From the sequence record SRR22947725_1716: DNA of 36,447 bases; one strand, written 5' to 3'. A program made the translations under genes and the position numbers. This document shows, one piece after another, positions 20,017 through 29,806 of this stretch. Under the pieces are notes generated by a model. It did no database searches. It was not told the origin of the DNA and worked only from the letters and a program-made list of their open reading frames with translations. Numbering within the stretch: the first letter of the stretch is position 1; the number at the start of each line of letters is the position of its first letter.

Positions 20017-20874
20017 ATGATTCAATCAATGACTGGCTACGGTAAGTCTATTGTTCAGTTGGAAAGCGGAAATTTAACAATTGAAATAAAGTCTTTAAAT
20101 AGTAAAAATCTAGATTTAAATACCAGAATAACAAATTCTGTAAAACCCAAAGAACTCCTTATAAGAAAACATTTATCTGACAAACTAAAAAGAGGAAAGG
20201 TTGAATTTTTGTTATATATGGACTCAAAAAATGATAATAGTAAATCATTACTAAATTCTCCTTTAATAAATACATATATTGATCAATTAAGAAGTATTGT
20301 TGACGGCTCGGCAGTTGAGTTATTAAAAATAGCAGTAAAAATGCCAGATGCGATTATTTCTAAAGAGATTGAAGAAAACGATTCAGATTGGCCAAAGATT
20401 TTTAAAGAAATTGAAAATGCTATTGAATCTCTAATTAAATATCGAAATGATGAAGGTCTAGCTTTAGAAAAAGATTTTATCATGAGAATCCATAAAATTG
20501 GGGATCTACTATCATTAATTAATGAAATAGACCCCAAGCGCATTAAACATATTAGATCTAAAATTAATCTAGAAATTGAAAAATTAAATATTGATCACGA
20601 CAACAATAGGTTAGAGCAGGAGTTGATATATTATATTGAAAAAATTGATATAACTGAAGAGCAAGTAAGACTAAAAAATCATTTAGAATACTTTTTATCA
20701 TCGCTTAAAAACAGTACTTCTAACGGTAAAAAATTAGCTTTTATTGGGCAAGAAATTGGTAGAGAAATAAATACTATAGGTTCAAAAGCAAATAACTCTG
20801 AAATGCAAAAAATTGTAATTCAAATGAAAGATGAATTAGAAAAAATAAAAGAGCAATTGTTAAACGTATTATAA
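20017..20874 (+). CDS. yicC: YicC/YloC family endoribonuclease
   Basis: MIQSMTGYG, EIKSLNSK, RGKV, DITEE.VRL, GKKL.F..QE.GRE.NTIGSK. Confidence 0.95.
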   Translation: MIQSMTGYGKSIVQLESGNLTIEIKSLNSKNLDLNTRITNSVKPKELLIRKHLSDKLKRGKVEFLLYMDSKNDNSKSLLNSPLINTYIDQLRSIVDGSAVELLKIAVKMPDAIISKEIEENDSDWPKIFKEIENAIESLIKYRNDEGLALEKDFIMRIHKIGDLLSLINEIDPKRIKHIRSKINLEIEKLNIDHDNNRLEQELIYYIEKIDITEEQVRLKNHLEYFLSSLKNSTSNGKKLAFIGQEIGREINTIGSKANNSEMQKIVIQMKDELEKIKEQLLNVL

Positions 20875-21449
20875 TGAAAAAAGAAAAATTGATTATAATC
20901 GCTGCTCCCTCTGGCTCTGGGAAAACAACTATTGTAAAAGAATTACTGGCATTAGAAGATATAAATCTAGAATTTTCAATATCCTCAACCACAAGAGCGA
21001 AAAGAAAAAATGAAATAGATGGAAAAGATTATCACTTTATATCTGTCTCAAATTTTAAAGAAAAAATTCAAAATAACGATTTTATAGAGTGGGAAGAAGT
21101 TTACAAAAATGTATTTTACGGAACATCAAAGTCTGAAATTCAAAAATTAAATTCTAAAGGAAAAAATATAGTTTTCGATATAGATGTTATAGGTGGGTTA
21201 AATTTAAAAGCACAATTTCCGGAAACAAGTGTTTCAATTTTTATTAAACCACCGAATTTAATCGAATTAAAAAAACGTTTGGTAGATAGAGAAACTGAAT
21301 CTCAAAAAAGTATAGAATTTAGGTTAGATAAAGCAATTAAAGAACTTGAATATTCTGACAAATACGATTTTGTGATTATTAATGATAACTTAGAACTAGC
21401 AATAAAACAGGTGAAAAATATAATTTATCAATTTACAAAAAATCAATAG
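20874..21449 (+). CDS. gmk: Guanylate kinase
   Basis: APSGSGKTT, SSTTR..R..E.DGKDYHF, EWEEVY..FYGT, DIDV.G. Confidence 0.97.
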   Translation: MKKEKLIIIAAPSGSGKTTIVKELLALEDINLEFSISSTTRAKRKNEIDGKDYHFISVSNFKEKIQNNDFIEWEEVYKNVFYGTSKSEIQKLNSKGKNIVFDIDVIGGLNLKAQFPETSVSIFIKPPNLIELKKRLVDRETESQKSIEFRLDKAIKELEYSDKYDFVIINDNLELAIKQVKNIIYQFTKNQ

Positions 21450-22028
21450 ATGAATATTGGACTCTATTTTGGTGCGTTTAACCCTATTCACGATGGTCAT
21501 TTGCAAGTAGCCAATTATGCTGTGAACAATTCTGATTTAGATAAAGTTTGGCTTGTCCTTACCCCACAAAGTCCTCACAAAATCGATAGCACACTTATTG
21601 ATTTTAATCACCGATATAAAATGCTAGAAATTGTCTGTAAAAAACATAAAAATATTTTACCTAGTGATATTGAGAAGAACCTACCTAAACCTAGTTACTC
21701 AATAAACACATTAAATTATTTAAATAAAGAAAATAATATTAATAATTATAGCTTAATAATTGGCGATGATAATATAACGAAGCTTACGACTTGGAAACAG
21801 TACAGTGAAATTATAAAAAATCATAAAATATATGTGTACCCAAGAAATAATTACAAAGAAAAATCTAAATTAACACATGAAAATATTTACTATTTAAACG
21901 CTCCTATAATTAATGTTTCAGCTTCAAATATCAGAAGAAATATTTTAAATAAGAAAACAGATAATTTAAAAATAGACTCAAAGGTTTTATCTTATCTAAT
22001 AAATAATAATATTAAAATTAATATTTAA
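21450..22028 (+). CDS. nadD: Nicotinate-nucleotide adenylyltransferase
   Basis: GLYFGAFNPIHDGH (HxGH), PQSPHK, LIIGDDN..W, VSASNIR; follows gmk. Confidence 0.92.
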   Translation: MNIGLYFGAFNPIHDGHLQVANYAVNNSDLDKVWLVLTPQSPHKIDSTLIDFNHRYKMLEIVCKKHKNILPSDIEKNLPKPSYSINTLNYLNKENNINNYSLIIGDDNITKLTTWKQYSEIIKNHKIYVYPRNNYKEKSKLTHENIYYLNAPIINVSASNIRRNILNKKTDNLKIDSKVLSYLINNNIKINI

Positions 22029-22043
22029 CTTATAAATTATAAA

Positions 22044-23045
22044 ATGAAAAACAATTTAAATTATGCTGTTATTGGAAGTGGTAGCTGGGCTACTGCAATA
22101 GTCAAAATTCTGTCTGATAATTTAAATTCTATTGCTTGGTATGTAAGAAACAATGAAACCCTTGATTACATTCAAAATAATAAACATAATCCAAATTATT
22201 TAAGCTCTGTTGAGTTAAATCTATCTAAATTACAAATAAGCGCAAATTTAAATGATGTTGTTAGAAACGCAGATGTAATAATATTAGTTGTTCCCTCTGA
22301 ATTTATAAATTCTGAATTGGAAAAAATTAAAGTTGATATTTCTAAAAAAATAGTGATTTCTGGAATAAAAGGCATCGTACCAGAAACTGCTCTTTTAGTT
22401 GGAGAGCACATGATAAATAATTATAATATACTTAAAGAAAAATTTTTAGTTATTGCTGGTCCTTGTCATGCAGAGGAAGTAGCTTTAGAGAGGCTTTCTT
22501 ACTTAACTATTGCTTGTTCTAAAAAGAGTTTAGCAAAGACTATTTGTTTAGATTTTAACAATAAGTATATTAAAACAAAAGTAAGTGATGATGTAATTGG
22601 AATTGAATATTCCAGTATGTTAAAAAACATATATGCTATTGCTGCAGGAATTGCTCATGGCCTTGGGTACGGAGATAATTTTCAGAGCATTTTAATGAGT
22701 AATGCAATTAGAGAAATAAAAAGATTTATAAAGAAAAAGCATAAAATAAAAAGGAATATTAATAATTCAGCATATTTAGGTGATTTATTAGTTACAGGTT
22801 ATTCTGTCTTTTCAAGAAATAGAATGTTTGGGAATATGATCGGTAAAGGCTATACAGTAAAGGCCGCTCAAATGGAAATGAAAATGATTGCAGAAGGATA
22901 TATTTCAACAAAAAAAGCTATGCAATTAAATGGGGATAATATTAAAAAAGCAAAAACTCCAATTATTGAAGCTGTTCATGCAATTCTTTATGAAAAAAAG
23001 AGTCCTAAAAATACATTTAAAAAATTAAACGAAAAGTTAAATTAA
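22044..23045 (+). CDS. gpsA: NAD(P)H-dependent glycerol-3-phosphate dehydrogenase
   Basis: GSGSWATA, IKGI, GPCHAEEV, LKNIYAIAAG, GDLLVT.YS..SRNR, AEG. Confidence 0.95.
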   Translation: MKNNLNYAVIGSGSWATAIVKILSDNLNSIAWYVRNNETLDYIQNNKHNPNYLSSVELNLSKLQISANLNDVVRNADVIILVVPSEFINSELEKIKVDISKKIVISGIKGIVPETALLVGEHMINNYNILKEKFLVIAGPCHAEEVALERLSYLTIACSKKSLAKTICLDFNNKYIKTKVSDDVIGIEYSSMLKNIYAIAAGIAHGLGYGDNFQSILMSNAIREIKRFIKKKHKIKRNINNSAYLGDLLVTGYSVFSRNRMFGNMIGKGYTVKAAQMEMKMIAEGYISTKKAMQLNGDNIKKAKTPIIEAVHAILYEKKSPKNTFKKLNEKLN

Positions 23046-24058
23046 ATTGTTGATTTAAATTGTTTAATAAATCTAGTATCATTTTCACTAAGTAGTCTAA
23101 TGTCTTTAATTTGGTGAAGCAAAAGAGCTATTCTATCTATTCCCATTCCAAATGCAAAACCTGAATATTTTTTAGAATCTATCCCACAATTGTCCAAGAC
23201 ATTAGGGTCAACCATTCCACAACCCATAATTTCTAACCAACCTGTCCCCTTAGTCATTTTGTAGTCTGTTTCATTTTTTAAGCCCCAATAAACATCTACT
23301 TCCGCGCTTGGTTCAGTAAAAGGGAAATAAGAGGGCCTTAATCTAATTTTTGATTTACCAAAAAGCTGTGTGGTGAAAAATTCTAAAGTCTGTTTAAGAT
23401 CTGCAAAACTGACATTTTCATCAATATACAGGCCTTCAACTTGATGAAAAAAACAATGAGATCTTGCTGAAATGGCTTCGTTTCTATACACTCTTCCTGG
23501 AGAAATTGTTCTAATTGGAGGTTTATTACTTTCCATATATCTTACTTGAACAGAACTAGTATGTGTTCTTAATAATAAATCAGGGTTTGTCTGTATAAAG
23601 AAAGTGTCTTGCATATCCCTTGCAGGGTGATGTTCAGGTAAATTAAGTGCAGTGAAATTGTGCCAGTCATCTTCAATTTCTGGTCCTTCACTAACATTAT
23701 ATCCAATACTAGAAAAAATATCAATAATTCTATTTTTTACAATTGTAATAGGATGTTTTGAACCAATTTCAATGGAATTACCTGGTCTAGTTAAATCGTT
23801 TAGTTGAGATAAGGTTGAGTTACTTGAAACTAAAGAATTTAACTCATTAAATTTATTTTGTGCGGATATTTTTAGTTTATTTATACTTAAACCATATTCC
23901 TTTTTTTTGCTATTATCAACATTTTTAAATTCTGAGAAGTAAAAGTTAACAAGGCCTTTTTTACCTAAATACTTTATTCTAAAATTTTCAATTTCATCTT
24001 TCGAAGAAGACTTAAAAGATTCAATTTCTTTAATATTATGTGCTATTTGTTCAATCAT
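23042..24058 (-). CDS. pheS: Phenylalanine--tRNA ligase alpha subunit
   Basis: HPARDMQDTF, LRTHTS, FHQVEG, YFPFTEPS, WLEIMGCGMV, GFAFGMG.DR. Confidence 0.99.
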   Translation of the reverse strand: MIEQIAHNIKEIESFKSSSKDEIENFRIKYLGKKGLVNFYFSEFKNVDNSKKKEYGLSINKLKISAQNKFNELNSLVSSNSTLSQLNDLTRPGNSIEIGSKHPITIVKNRIIDIFSSIGYNVSEGPEIEDDWHNFTALNLPEHHPARDMQDTFFIQTNPDLLLRTHTSSVQVRYMESNKPPIRTISPGRVYRNEAISARSHCFFHQVEGLYIDENVSFADLKQTLEFFTTQLFGKSKIRLRPSYFPFTEPSAEVDVYWGLKNETDYKMTKGTGWLEIMGCGMVDPNVLDNCGIDSKKYSGFAFGMGIDRIALLLHQIKDIRLLSENDTRFIKQFKSTI

Positions 24059-24075
24059 GTTGTTTAGTCAAATGT

Positions 24076-24083
24076 CAAATTTA
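24076..24083 (-). promoter_or_regulatory. Putative -7 promoter element for pheS
   Basis: CAAATTTA on + reads TAAATTTG on -, 17 nt upstream of the ATG. Confidence 0.55.
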
Positions 24084-24090
24084 ATCATTC

Positions 24091-24444
24091 TTATTGAATA
24101 TAATTAGATTTAAGAAAATAGTTAACTATTGCGTCTTTCATTAAGATAGACTGTTCCCCAGCCTTCAAGTTAGGTAGTTGCTTTAGACATTTATAGTGTG
24201 GCCATCCTTGCTCATCTATATAATCAAATTCATAATAACCATAATCACTTAATAATTTACATATAGCTATGTGCATTAAATCTAGTTTTTGATTCTTGTT
24301 AAATTTGGAATGAAGCTGTTGCAACTCTTGAACTCCGATTAAATAAATAATCGAATCTAAATCAATCTCATCACCATCACGAAAATCAATAGATAATTTA
24401 TGAGTTAATATTCCCCATCTTTCTTTTAACTTAGAATTAATCAT
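24091..24444 (-). CDS. Conserved hypothetical protein (Bacteroidota-type)
   Basis: 117-aa ORF with IIYLIGVQEL, K.DLMHIAIC.LL..YGYY, DEQGWPHY motifs that I recall from Bacteroidota hypotheticals; has its own promoter element. Confidence 0.75.
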   Translation of the reverse strand: MINSKLKERWGILTHKLSIDFRDGDEIDLDSIIYLIGVQELQQLHSKFNKNQKLDLMHIAICKLLSDYGYYEFDYIDEQGWPHYKCLKQLPNLKAGEQSILMKDAIVNYFLKSNYIQ

Positions 24445-24462
24445 TTGCGTCTATAATTAAAA

Positions 24463-24470
24463 CAAAGTTA
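24463..24470 (-). promoter_or_regulatory. Putative -7 promoter element for the hypothetical gene
   Basis: CAAAGTTA on + reads TAACTTTG on -, 18 nt upstream of the ATG. Confidence 0.6.
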
Positions 24471-24529
24471 GCATTATCATTTATGTTATTCAATAAATAA
24501 AATTTCTTTTATTTGTAAAAATATTATTT

Positions 24530-25015
24530 ATGAATTATATAGATATTTTTATTTCAATCTTCCTTATTTATGGGTTTATAAAAGGGTTATATAAGGGCTT
24601 CATTATTGAAATAGCATCTGTTATTGGATTGGTACTAGGTATATATTTAGCTACTCAATACAATGGTGATTTATCTAATTATTTAATGTCTAAGCAGAAT
24701 TTTAACTGGAAAGAGGGTTATATAATAATTCTATCAAATGTTATATTATTTATATTAACCATACTAATTGTTTCAATCCTAGGTAAAGTTGCCACAAAAC
24801 TCGTAAAATTAGTAGCATTAGGATTATTTAATAAAATTCTAGGAAGTGTTTTTGGACTTTTAAAAAACATTTTAATACTAGTTATATTAATTTTTGTGTT
24901 TAATCTAGCCAATAATTCTCTTAAAATAATAGAGCAAGATAAACTTGAGTTATCAATTTATTATAAGCCACTTAATGAATTAAGTAGATTTATTTCAGCA
25001 AATTTTTTGAAATAA
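24530..25015 (+). CDS. cvpA: CvpA family membrane protein
   Basis: MNYIDI..G..KGFI.E, four hydrophobic segments, LG.FNKILG.VFG..K, S..Y. Confidence 0.9.
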   Translation: MNYIDIFISIFLIYGFIKGLYKGFIIEIASVIGLVLGIYLATQYNGDLSNYLMSKQNFNWKEGYIIILSNVILFILTILIVSILGKVATKLVKLVALGLFNKILGSVFGLLKNILILVILIFVFNLANNSLKIIEQDKLELSIYYKPLNELSRFISANFLK

Positions 25016-25017
25016 AA

Positions 25018-25479
25018 CTAATGAGTAAAAGGTAATGAAGAATGATGTAAGTCAATATATAACTTAGAATCAATTAATTTATAACCAAAAGAGTATTCAA
25101 CTTTTATTGTATTTTCATTTAAGTCAGTGAAGAAATAATTACCCATTGCAATTGCTCTATTTTTCTCAATTATAACTCCAGAGTTTTCAAATAAAACCTT
25201 AACCCAAGGTTTCATTGCAAAACCTTCGTCTTCATTACAAAACGAATCATTTCCGCCAATAAAATAGGACAAAGCCATATCGAAATTAGGACGAAATTGT
25301 TCTTCACATGCTTTTGTTGGTTTGAACAAAATCTCACCTTCTTTAAAGCTATATGTTTCATTTAAAAAACTTGAAGTAAATTCTTTACATAATTTGAAAT
25401 TGTTTTTCAAACTTCCAATTTTAACAATTCCTTCACCCCATTTTTTTTGTGCACTCTCTACTAGATCTAATGTAATCAT
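25018..25479 (-). CDS. COG4337-like putative iota-class carbonic anhydrase (NTF2-like fold)
   Basis: V..AQ..WG, LFKPT, ALSYF.GG, D.GFA..PW..V, AMGNY.FTD, KVEYSFGY and C-terminal LHHSSLP. No signal peptide. ATGA overlap with the batE stop. Confidence 0.75.
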   Translation of the reverse strand: MITLDLVESAQKKWGEGIVKIGSLKNNFKLCKEFTSSFLNETYSFKEGEILFKPTKACEEQFRPNFDMALSYFIGGNDSFCNEDEGFAMKPWVKVLFENSGVIIEKNRAIAMGNYFFTDLNENTIKVEYSFGYKLIDSKLYIDLHHSSLPFTH

Positions 25480-26222
25480 ATGATTTTAATTTGATTTTTT
25501 ATAACCCAACCAGTTTGTCCATTCGACAATTTTATTTTTAACCAATCCATGTCAAAGTTCTCTATTACTTCAACTTTTGTTCCTTCGTGAATTTCAAATA
25601 AAACTTCACTTTTTTCATTTGGTTCAAAATTAACTTCAATTACATCTTTATAAACTATTCCAAATTCAATAGTTGTTTGAACGTTATAAATTTTAAAATT
25701 TACAAATAACAAAGAGGATGTTAATATGAAAGATAGTATAAATATTGTGAAATATGTCCGTTTGTATATAGATGACTTAGATAAAAAATATAACAGAAAT
25801 ATGACACAAGAAAGTATAGCTGTAATTATAGTAATTATTGACCAGGTGTTAAAAGAAAAATAGTTAAGGAAATAATTAAATTGCTTACTAACAATATCTT
25901 CAGGCAAAGATTCAATATCATCTATTGTAAGATTATTTAAGTAAGCTAAATTTTGAATTAGACTAGAATCATTTGGAAAATATTTTAAACCTTTTTCATA
26001 ATAATAAATACTTTGAGCTAAGCTATCAAGCTTGTAATAAGCATTTCCTAAATTAAAGTACAATTCTGATGAGTGAAATCCTCCTTTTAAAAGTTCATTA
26101 TACTTTTCAATGGCACCAACAAAATCTAAGGAATTATATTTTTCGTTAGCAACAACAAAAATATCATTTTGTTGGGAAAAACTTAGATTAACAAATAAAA
26201 CGAAAAATAAAAAGTGTCTCAT
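25476..26222 (-). CDS. batE: BatE (TPR + transmembrane + SH3-like)
   Basis: TPR LYFNLGNAYYK..SIYYYEK, two TM helices, C-terminal FEIHEGTKV..W.KI.L.NG.TGW. Confidence 0.9.
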   Translation of the reverse strand: MRHFLFFVLFVNLSFSQQNDIFVVANEKYNSLDFVGAIEKYNELLKGGFHSSELYFNLGNAYYKLDSLAQSIYYYEKGLKYFPNDSSLIQNLAYLNNLTIDDIESLPEDIVSKQFNYFLNYFSFNTWSIITIITAILSCVIFLLYFLSKSSIYKRTYFTIFILSFILTSSLLFVNFKIYNVQTTIEFGIVYKDVIEVNFEPNEKSEVLFEIHEGTKVEVIENFDMDWLKIKLSNGQTGWVIKNQIKII

Positions 26223-26224
26223 AA

Positions 26225-27982
26225 TTAATTAATTGATTTATCAATCTCTGCTATTATATCTAAAGCAATTTTGTAGTCAGATTTCATTTCAACATTAGTA
26301 ATTGGAGTGTATCTAGCCATTTCACAATTACTAAATAATTGATTTAATGCTTTAATAATATTAGCGTCTATATTTCTTTTCTCTAACTCTTTTTGAATAT
26401 TAGTTTTTGAGTAATTACTATTATCAAATAAAGTAATTGATTTAAGATAATTATGTAATGCTCTGTCAAGAGATTCATAAAATTCTTTTTTACTACCAAG
26501 CTTAGATTTTGCATCAAGTAAATACTTTTTTGCTAATTTTCTAGACTTGATGGATATATTAGTATTCAAAAACTTATTGCGTCCATTCAAATAATTCATT
26601 AATATGATTATTAGTATTGTAATAATAAATGGCAATATTAATAACCCCCAAAAAATATTTGTATTAAAAAAAGATTTGGTCTTAATTTTAACAAATTTAG
26701 ATTTTGTTTTAAAAGGAAGGAATTTAAGTGTTGTGTTTTTTGGTTTAATTTTTGAATTAATATTTTTATCTGTTTCACTACCCCACTCCTCTCCATCAAC
26801 ATCAATATTGATTTCGTTTGAGCTAATTGTTTTATATTTTTTTGATTTAATATCAAAATAAGAAAACTCTATTTTAGGAATTTTATATTTTCCTGGTTTG
26901 GAGGGAACTATTGTGTATATATCACGAATAGATCCTCTCATGCCACTAATGTTTGTGGAAATGTTTTCTGTTTTTTCAGGCTCATAAATCTCTAAAGAAG
27001 AAGGGAGACTAAGTTTTGGGAGTTGAAATAATTTTAAGTTTCCATTTCCTTTAATTTCAAGTTCTAGCTCTAGAGCCTCTGAAACTGAAAGTTGTAGTTT
27101 TGAAGTTTTAGCTACAAAATTAAATGATCCAACTGCTCCGTTATAATTTTTTGGTTTGTTTAAATTAGGTAATTGTTTTACACTAATTATTTGATCTCCA
27201 GAGGTTACAACTTTTTGTGAAGATTTAGTAATCCTCTGTCCAAAGAAATCTCTTCTATTAGTTGGCAATTGTACTGTTATATCTAGCGATAAAGGCTCGA
27301 TTGTTAATTTACCTTCTTTTTGAGGATAAAGAACGGTTTTTTTCAGGGTTACATATCTAGATGGCTTTCCTTTATATGTCCCTTCTTCAATGGTATAGTT
27401 ATCGATATCGATATTTTGACTCCAGAAATCAGTATACCTTGGTGAGGACAATTCTCTCCAATTTGTGATACCGATATTAGATGAAAAATATAATTTATAA
27501 ACAACTGAAAACCCTTCATTTAAATAAGGGGATCTTTTTGATATTTCTGAAGTTAAATAGATTTCACTCTCTGAAACATAATTTGGATCGTTTTCCTTGT
27601 TAGGGTTTTTTACAGCACCGACAACTTTAATTTCCTGTGGTAATGTTTTATAAACCTTTCCTTCTACTTCAATTGTAGCTTGACCTATACTGTAAGTGCC
27701 TGTTTTAATCGGAGAAAGAAAATAAGTGTAAGATTTACTGTAAGATCTATCTCCATTAACCCAAGAATTCTTAATTGATTGGGATGGGCCACCAACTACT
27801 TTAAAATTTATAAAGTCAGGAGGTGAAAAATTATCGCCGTCTTCATTTATCGAAAATTCCACACGTAACCTTTCGTTAACCCCTAGAGTACTTTTACTTA
27901 ATTTAGCTTCAAAGTTAATTTGACAGAAAACATTTAAGTTAATGAAAAGTAAAGCAATATTTATTAAGTATTTATAACTCAT
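26225..27982 (-). CDS. batD: BatD family protein
   Basis: FKVVGGPSQS, LYPQK.G.L.I, GAVG.F, G.GN, FSYFD, C-terminal TM and CE.ARY.P; position in the bat operon. Confidence 0.9.
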   Translation of the reverse strand: MSYKYLINIALLFINLNVFCQINFEAKLSKSTLGVNERLRVEFSINEDGDNFSPPDFINFKVVGGPSQSIKNSWVNGDRSYSKSYTYFLSPIKTGTYSIGQATIEVEGKVYKTLPQEIKVVGAVKNPNKENDPNYVSESEIYLTSEISKRSPYLNEGFSVVYKLYFSSNIGITNWRELSSPRYTDFWSQNIDIDNYTIEEGTYKGKPSRYVTLKKTVLYPQKEGKLTIEPLSLDITVQLPTNRRDFFGQRITKSSQKVVTSGDQIISVKQLPNLNKPKNYNGAVGSFNFVAKTSKLQLSVSEALELELEIKGNGNLKLFQLPKLSLPSSLEIYEPEKTENISTNISGMRGSIRDIYTIVPSKPGKYKIPKIEFSYFDIKSKKYKTISSNEINIDVDGEEWGSETDKNINSKIKPKNTTLKFLPFKTKSKFVKIKTKSFFNTNIFWGLLILPFIITILIIILMNYLNGRNKFLNTNISIKSRKLAKKYLLDAKSKLGSKKEFYESLDRALHNYLKSITLFDNSNYSKTNIQKELEKRNIDANIIKALNQLFSNCEMARYTPITNVEMKSDYKIALDIIAEIDKSIN

Positions 27983-28782
27983 TACCAGTCTTTTTCATTT
28001 TTTAATTTGACTCCTTTTAATTTTTTTGCATTCATTTTTTCTTGAACTTTACTTTCTTCTTGATTCATTGCCTCTAAGATATTTTTTATTTGTTGTGGTG
28101 ACAATTTCTTTTCTTCAGGCTTTTCATCTTTACTTTTGTCATCTCCTTTTTGATCTTTATTATCTTTATTATTTTCTTTTTGGTCTTGGTTTTCATTTTG
28201 TTTTTCGTCATCTCCTTGCTGATCTTTATCCTCTTTTTGATCTTCATTTTCATCTTTTTCTTTATCCTTTTCTTTATCCTCGTCTTCATCTTCACCTTCA
28301 CTTTCCTTTTCATTTTCATTTTCATCCTTAGCACAATCTTTAGCCAAAGCTAAATTGTATCTTGACTCGTCATCTTTAGGATTGTTTTTAAGTGCATTTT
28401 TGTAAGCCTCAACAGCTTCTTTACACATTTTTTTCTTCATCAGTATGTTACCAATATTATGAAATATTAGGTGCTTATCTGCTCTGGTCTTTGCATATTT
28501 TGAAGCCTCTAATTGATTAAGTAATGCCTCGTCATAATATTCATTTTTATATAAGTTGTTACTAAAATTATATTGGCCTTTAACAAATTCAGGACTATAT
28601 GAAATTGCTTTTCTGTAATTTTGTTCGGAAAGAGCTGTGTTATCTTCAAATGAATTATTTCCTTTTTTAATTAAAGATTCATACTCATTTTGCTGAGACA
28701 TTATACTTCCCATAGATATAAACATCAGTAGGGCATAATTAATTAATGTTTTATTAATTTTATTTTGCAGCATTGTAATCAT
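27982..28782 (-). CDS. batC: BatC (TPR protein with charged low-complexity linker); exact start uncertain
   Basis: TPRs (FHNIGN, AYKNALK.NP.D.E.RYNLA), D/E/K/Q-rich linker, C-terminal ILEAM..EE..VQ..EKDW. Confidence 0.88.
   Translation of the reverse strand: MITMLQNKINKTLINYALLMFISMGSIMSQQNEYESLIKKGNNSFEDNTALSEQNYRKAISYSPEFVKGQYNFSNNLYKNEYYDEALLNQLEASKYAKTRADKHLIFHNIGNILMKKKMCKEAVEAYKNALKNNPKDDESRYNLALAKDCAKDENENEKESEGEDEDEDKEKDKEKDENEDQKEDKDQQGDDEKQNENQDQKENNKDNKDQKGDDKSKDEKPEEKKLSPQQIKNILEAMNQEESKVQEKMNAKKLKGVKLKNEKDW
28100..28325 (-). repeat. Low-complexity purine-rich tract encoding the BatC D/E/K/Q linker (boundaries approximate)
   Basis: Imperfect GATAAA/GAAAAT/GATCAA-type repeats encoding ENENEKESEGEDEDEDKEKDKEKD..KDNKDQK. 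Confidence 0.65.
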
Positions 28783-29806
28783 TAAATAAGTTTAATTTTT
28801 TTATCCAACTTGTCTTAGAATCAAACAGGAATATATCTAAAAATAAGAACATTAAGGCTATAAAAATAAATAACTGAAACTGATCTTCATAATCAGAGAA
28901 CTGTGTGCTTTCAAATTCTGTTTTTTCAGTTTCTAGTAAAATTTTATCTATTTCATTTATTACAAATGATGTGTTTTGACCAATAATGAAGGTTCCTTCT
29001 GTGATTTCAGCTATATCGGTTAAAACTTTTTTATTAAGTTTTGTAATAACAACTTCATTATTATTATCTCTCTTATAGTTTTGAGTAATGCCATTTTTTT
29101 TCATTGGAATTGGAGATCCCTTTTCATTTCCAACTCCAATTGTGTGTATTTTTATTCCCTTTTGAGCAGCCATTTTTGCAATGTCTAAAGAACTGTTATT
29201 ATGGTCTTCTCCATCAGAGATAATTATTAATAATTTAGAAGTGTTGATGTTTTCATCAAAATATGTAGATGATAGCTGTATTGCCTCATCAATAGCAGTG
29301 CCTTGAGAAGAAATCATATCTGTGTTCATATTACTTAAAAACATCTTTGCAGATGAATAGTCAGTAGTTATTGGAAGTTGTGGAAATGCCTTTCCTGCAT
29401 AGGCAACAATACCTACTCTGTCACTTGTAAGTTTATTAATAATTTGATTAACAATTTGTTTAGACTTCTCTAGTCTATTTGGAGCAACATCTTCAGCAAG
29501 CATGCTTCTTGAAACATCAATTGCAAAAACTATATCAACACCAAACCTTTTATAGCTTTCAATTTTAGTTCCAACTTGAAAATTAACCATAGCAAAAATC
29601 AATAGTATTAATGATAATATGTTAATAAACATTTTGAGATAAGGCTTGAACCATGAATAATCAGGGCTTAACTTTAGAAGAGAGGATTGTGTAATAAATC
29701 CTTGTTGGGTACGCGATTTCCATATTTCATTAATGAAAAATAAAATAGCTGCCAATATTGGAAGAACCATTAACCAAAACCATATTTTTTCTTCTAGTTG
29801 ATACAT
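28760..29806 (-). CDS. batB: BatB, von Willebrand factor A domain protein
   Basis: MIDAS DVSRS, PNRLE, PITTD, QGTAI, IISDGEDH; terminal TM segments. Confidence 0.92.
   Translation of the reverse strand: MYQLEEKIWFWLMVLPILAAILFFINEIWKSRTQQGFITQSSLLKLSPDYSWFKPYLKMFINILSLILLIFAMVNFQVGTKIESYKRFGVDIVFAIDVSRSMLAEDVAPNRLEKSKQIVNQIINKLTSDRVGIVAYAGKAFPQLPITTDYSSAKMFLSNMNTDMISSQGTAIDEAIQLSSTYFDENINTSKLLIIISDGEDHNNSSLDIAKMAAQKGIKIHTIGVGNEKGSPIPMKKNGITQNYKRDNNNEVVITKLNKKVLTDIAEITEGTFIIGQNTSFVINEIDKILLETEKTEFESTQFSDYEDQFQLFIFIALMFLFLDIFLFDSKTSWIKKLNLFNDYNAAK

Noticed and set aside
25018-25479. Phosphoribosyl-AMP cyclohydrolase (HisI) label that I recall being attached to similar proteins
   Set aside because: It lacks the HisI DCDxD and CH motifs; the HHSS C-terminus fits COG4337 instead.
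28026-28353. Three alternative-frame ORFs (F/L/H-rich, K/M-rich, F/I-rich) over batC
   Set aside because: They are by-products of the low-complexity BatC linker, which lacks stops in other frames.
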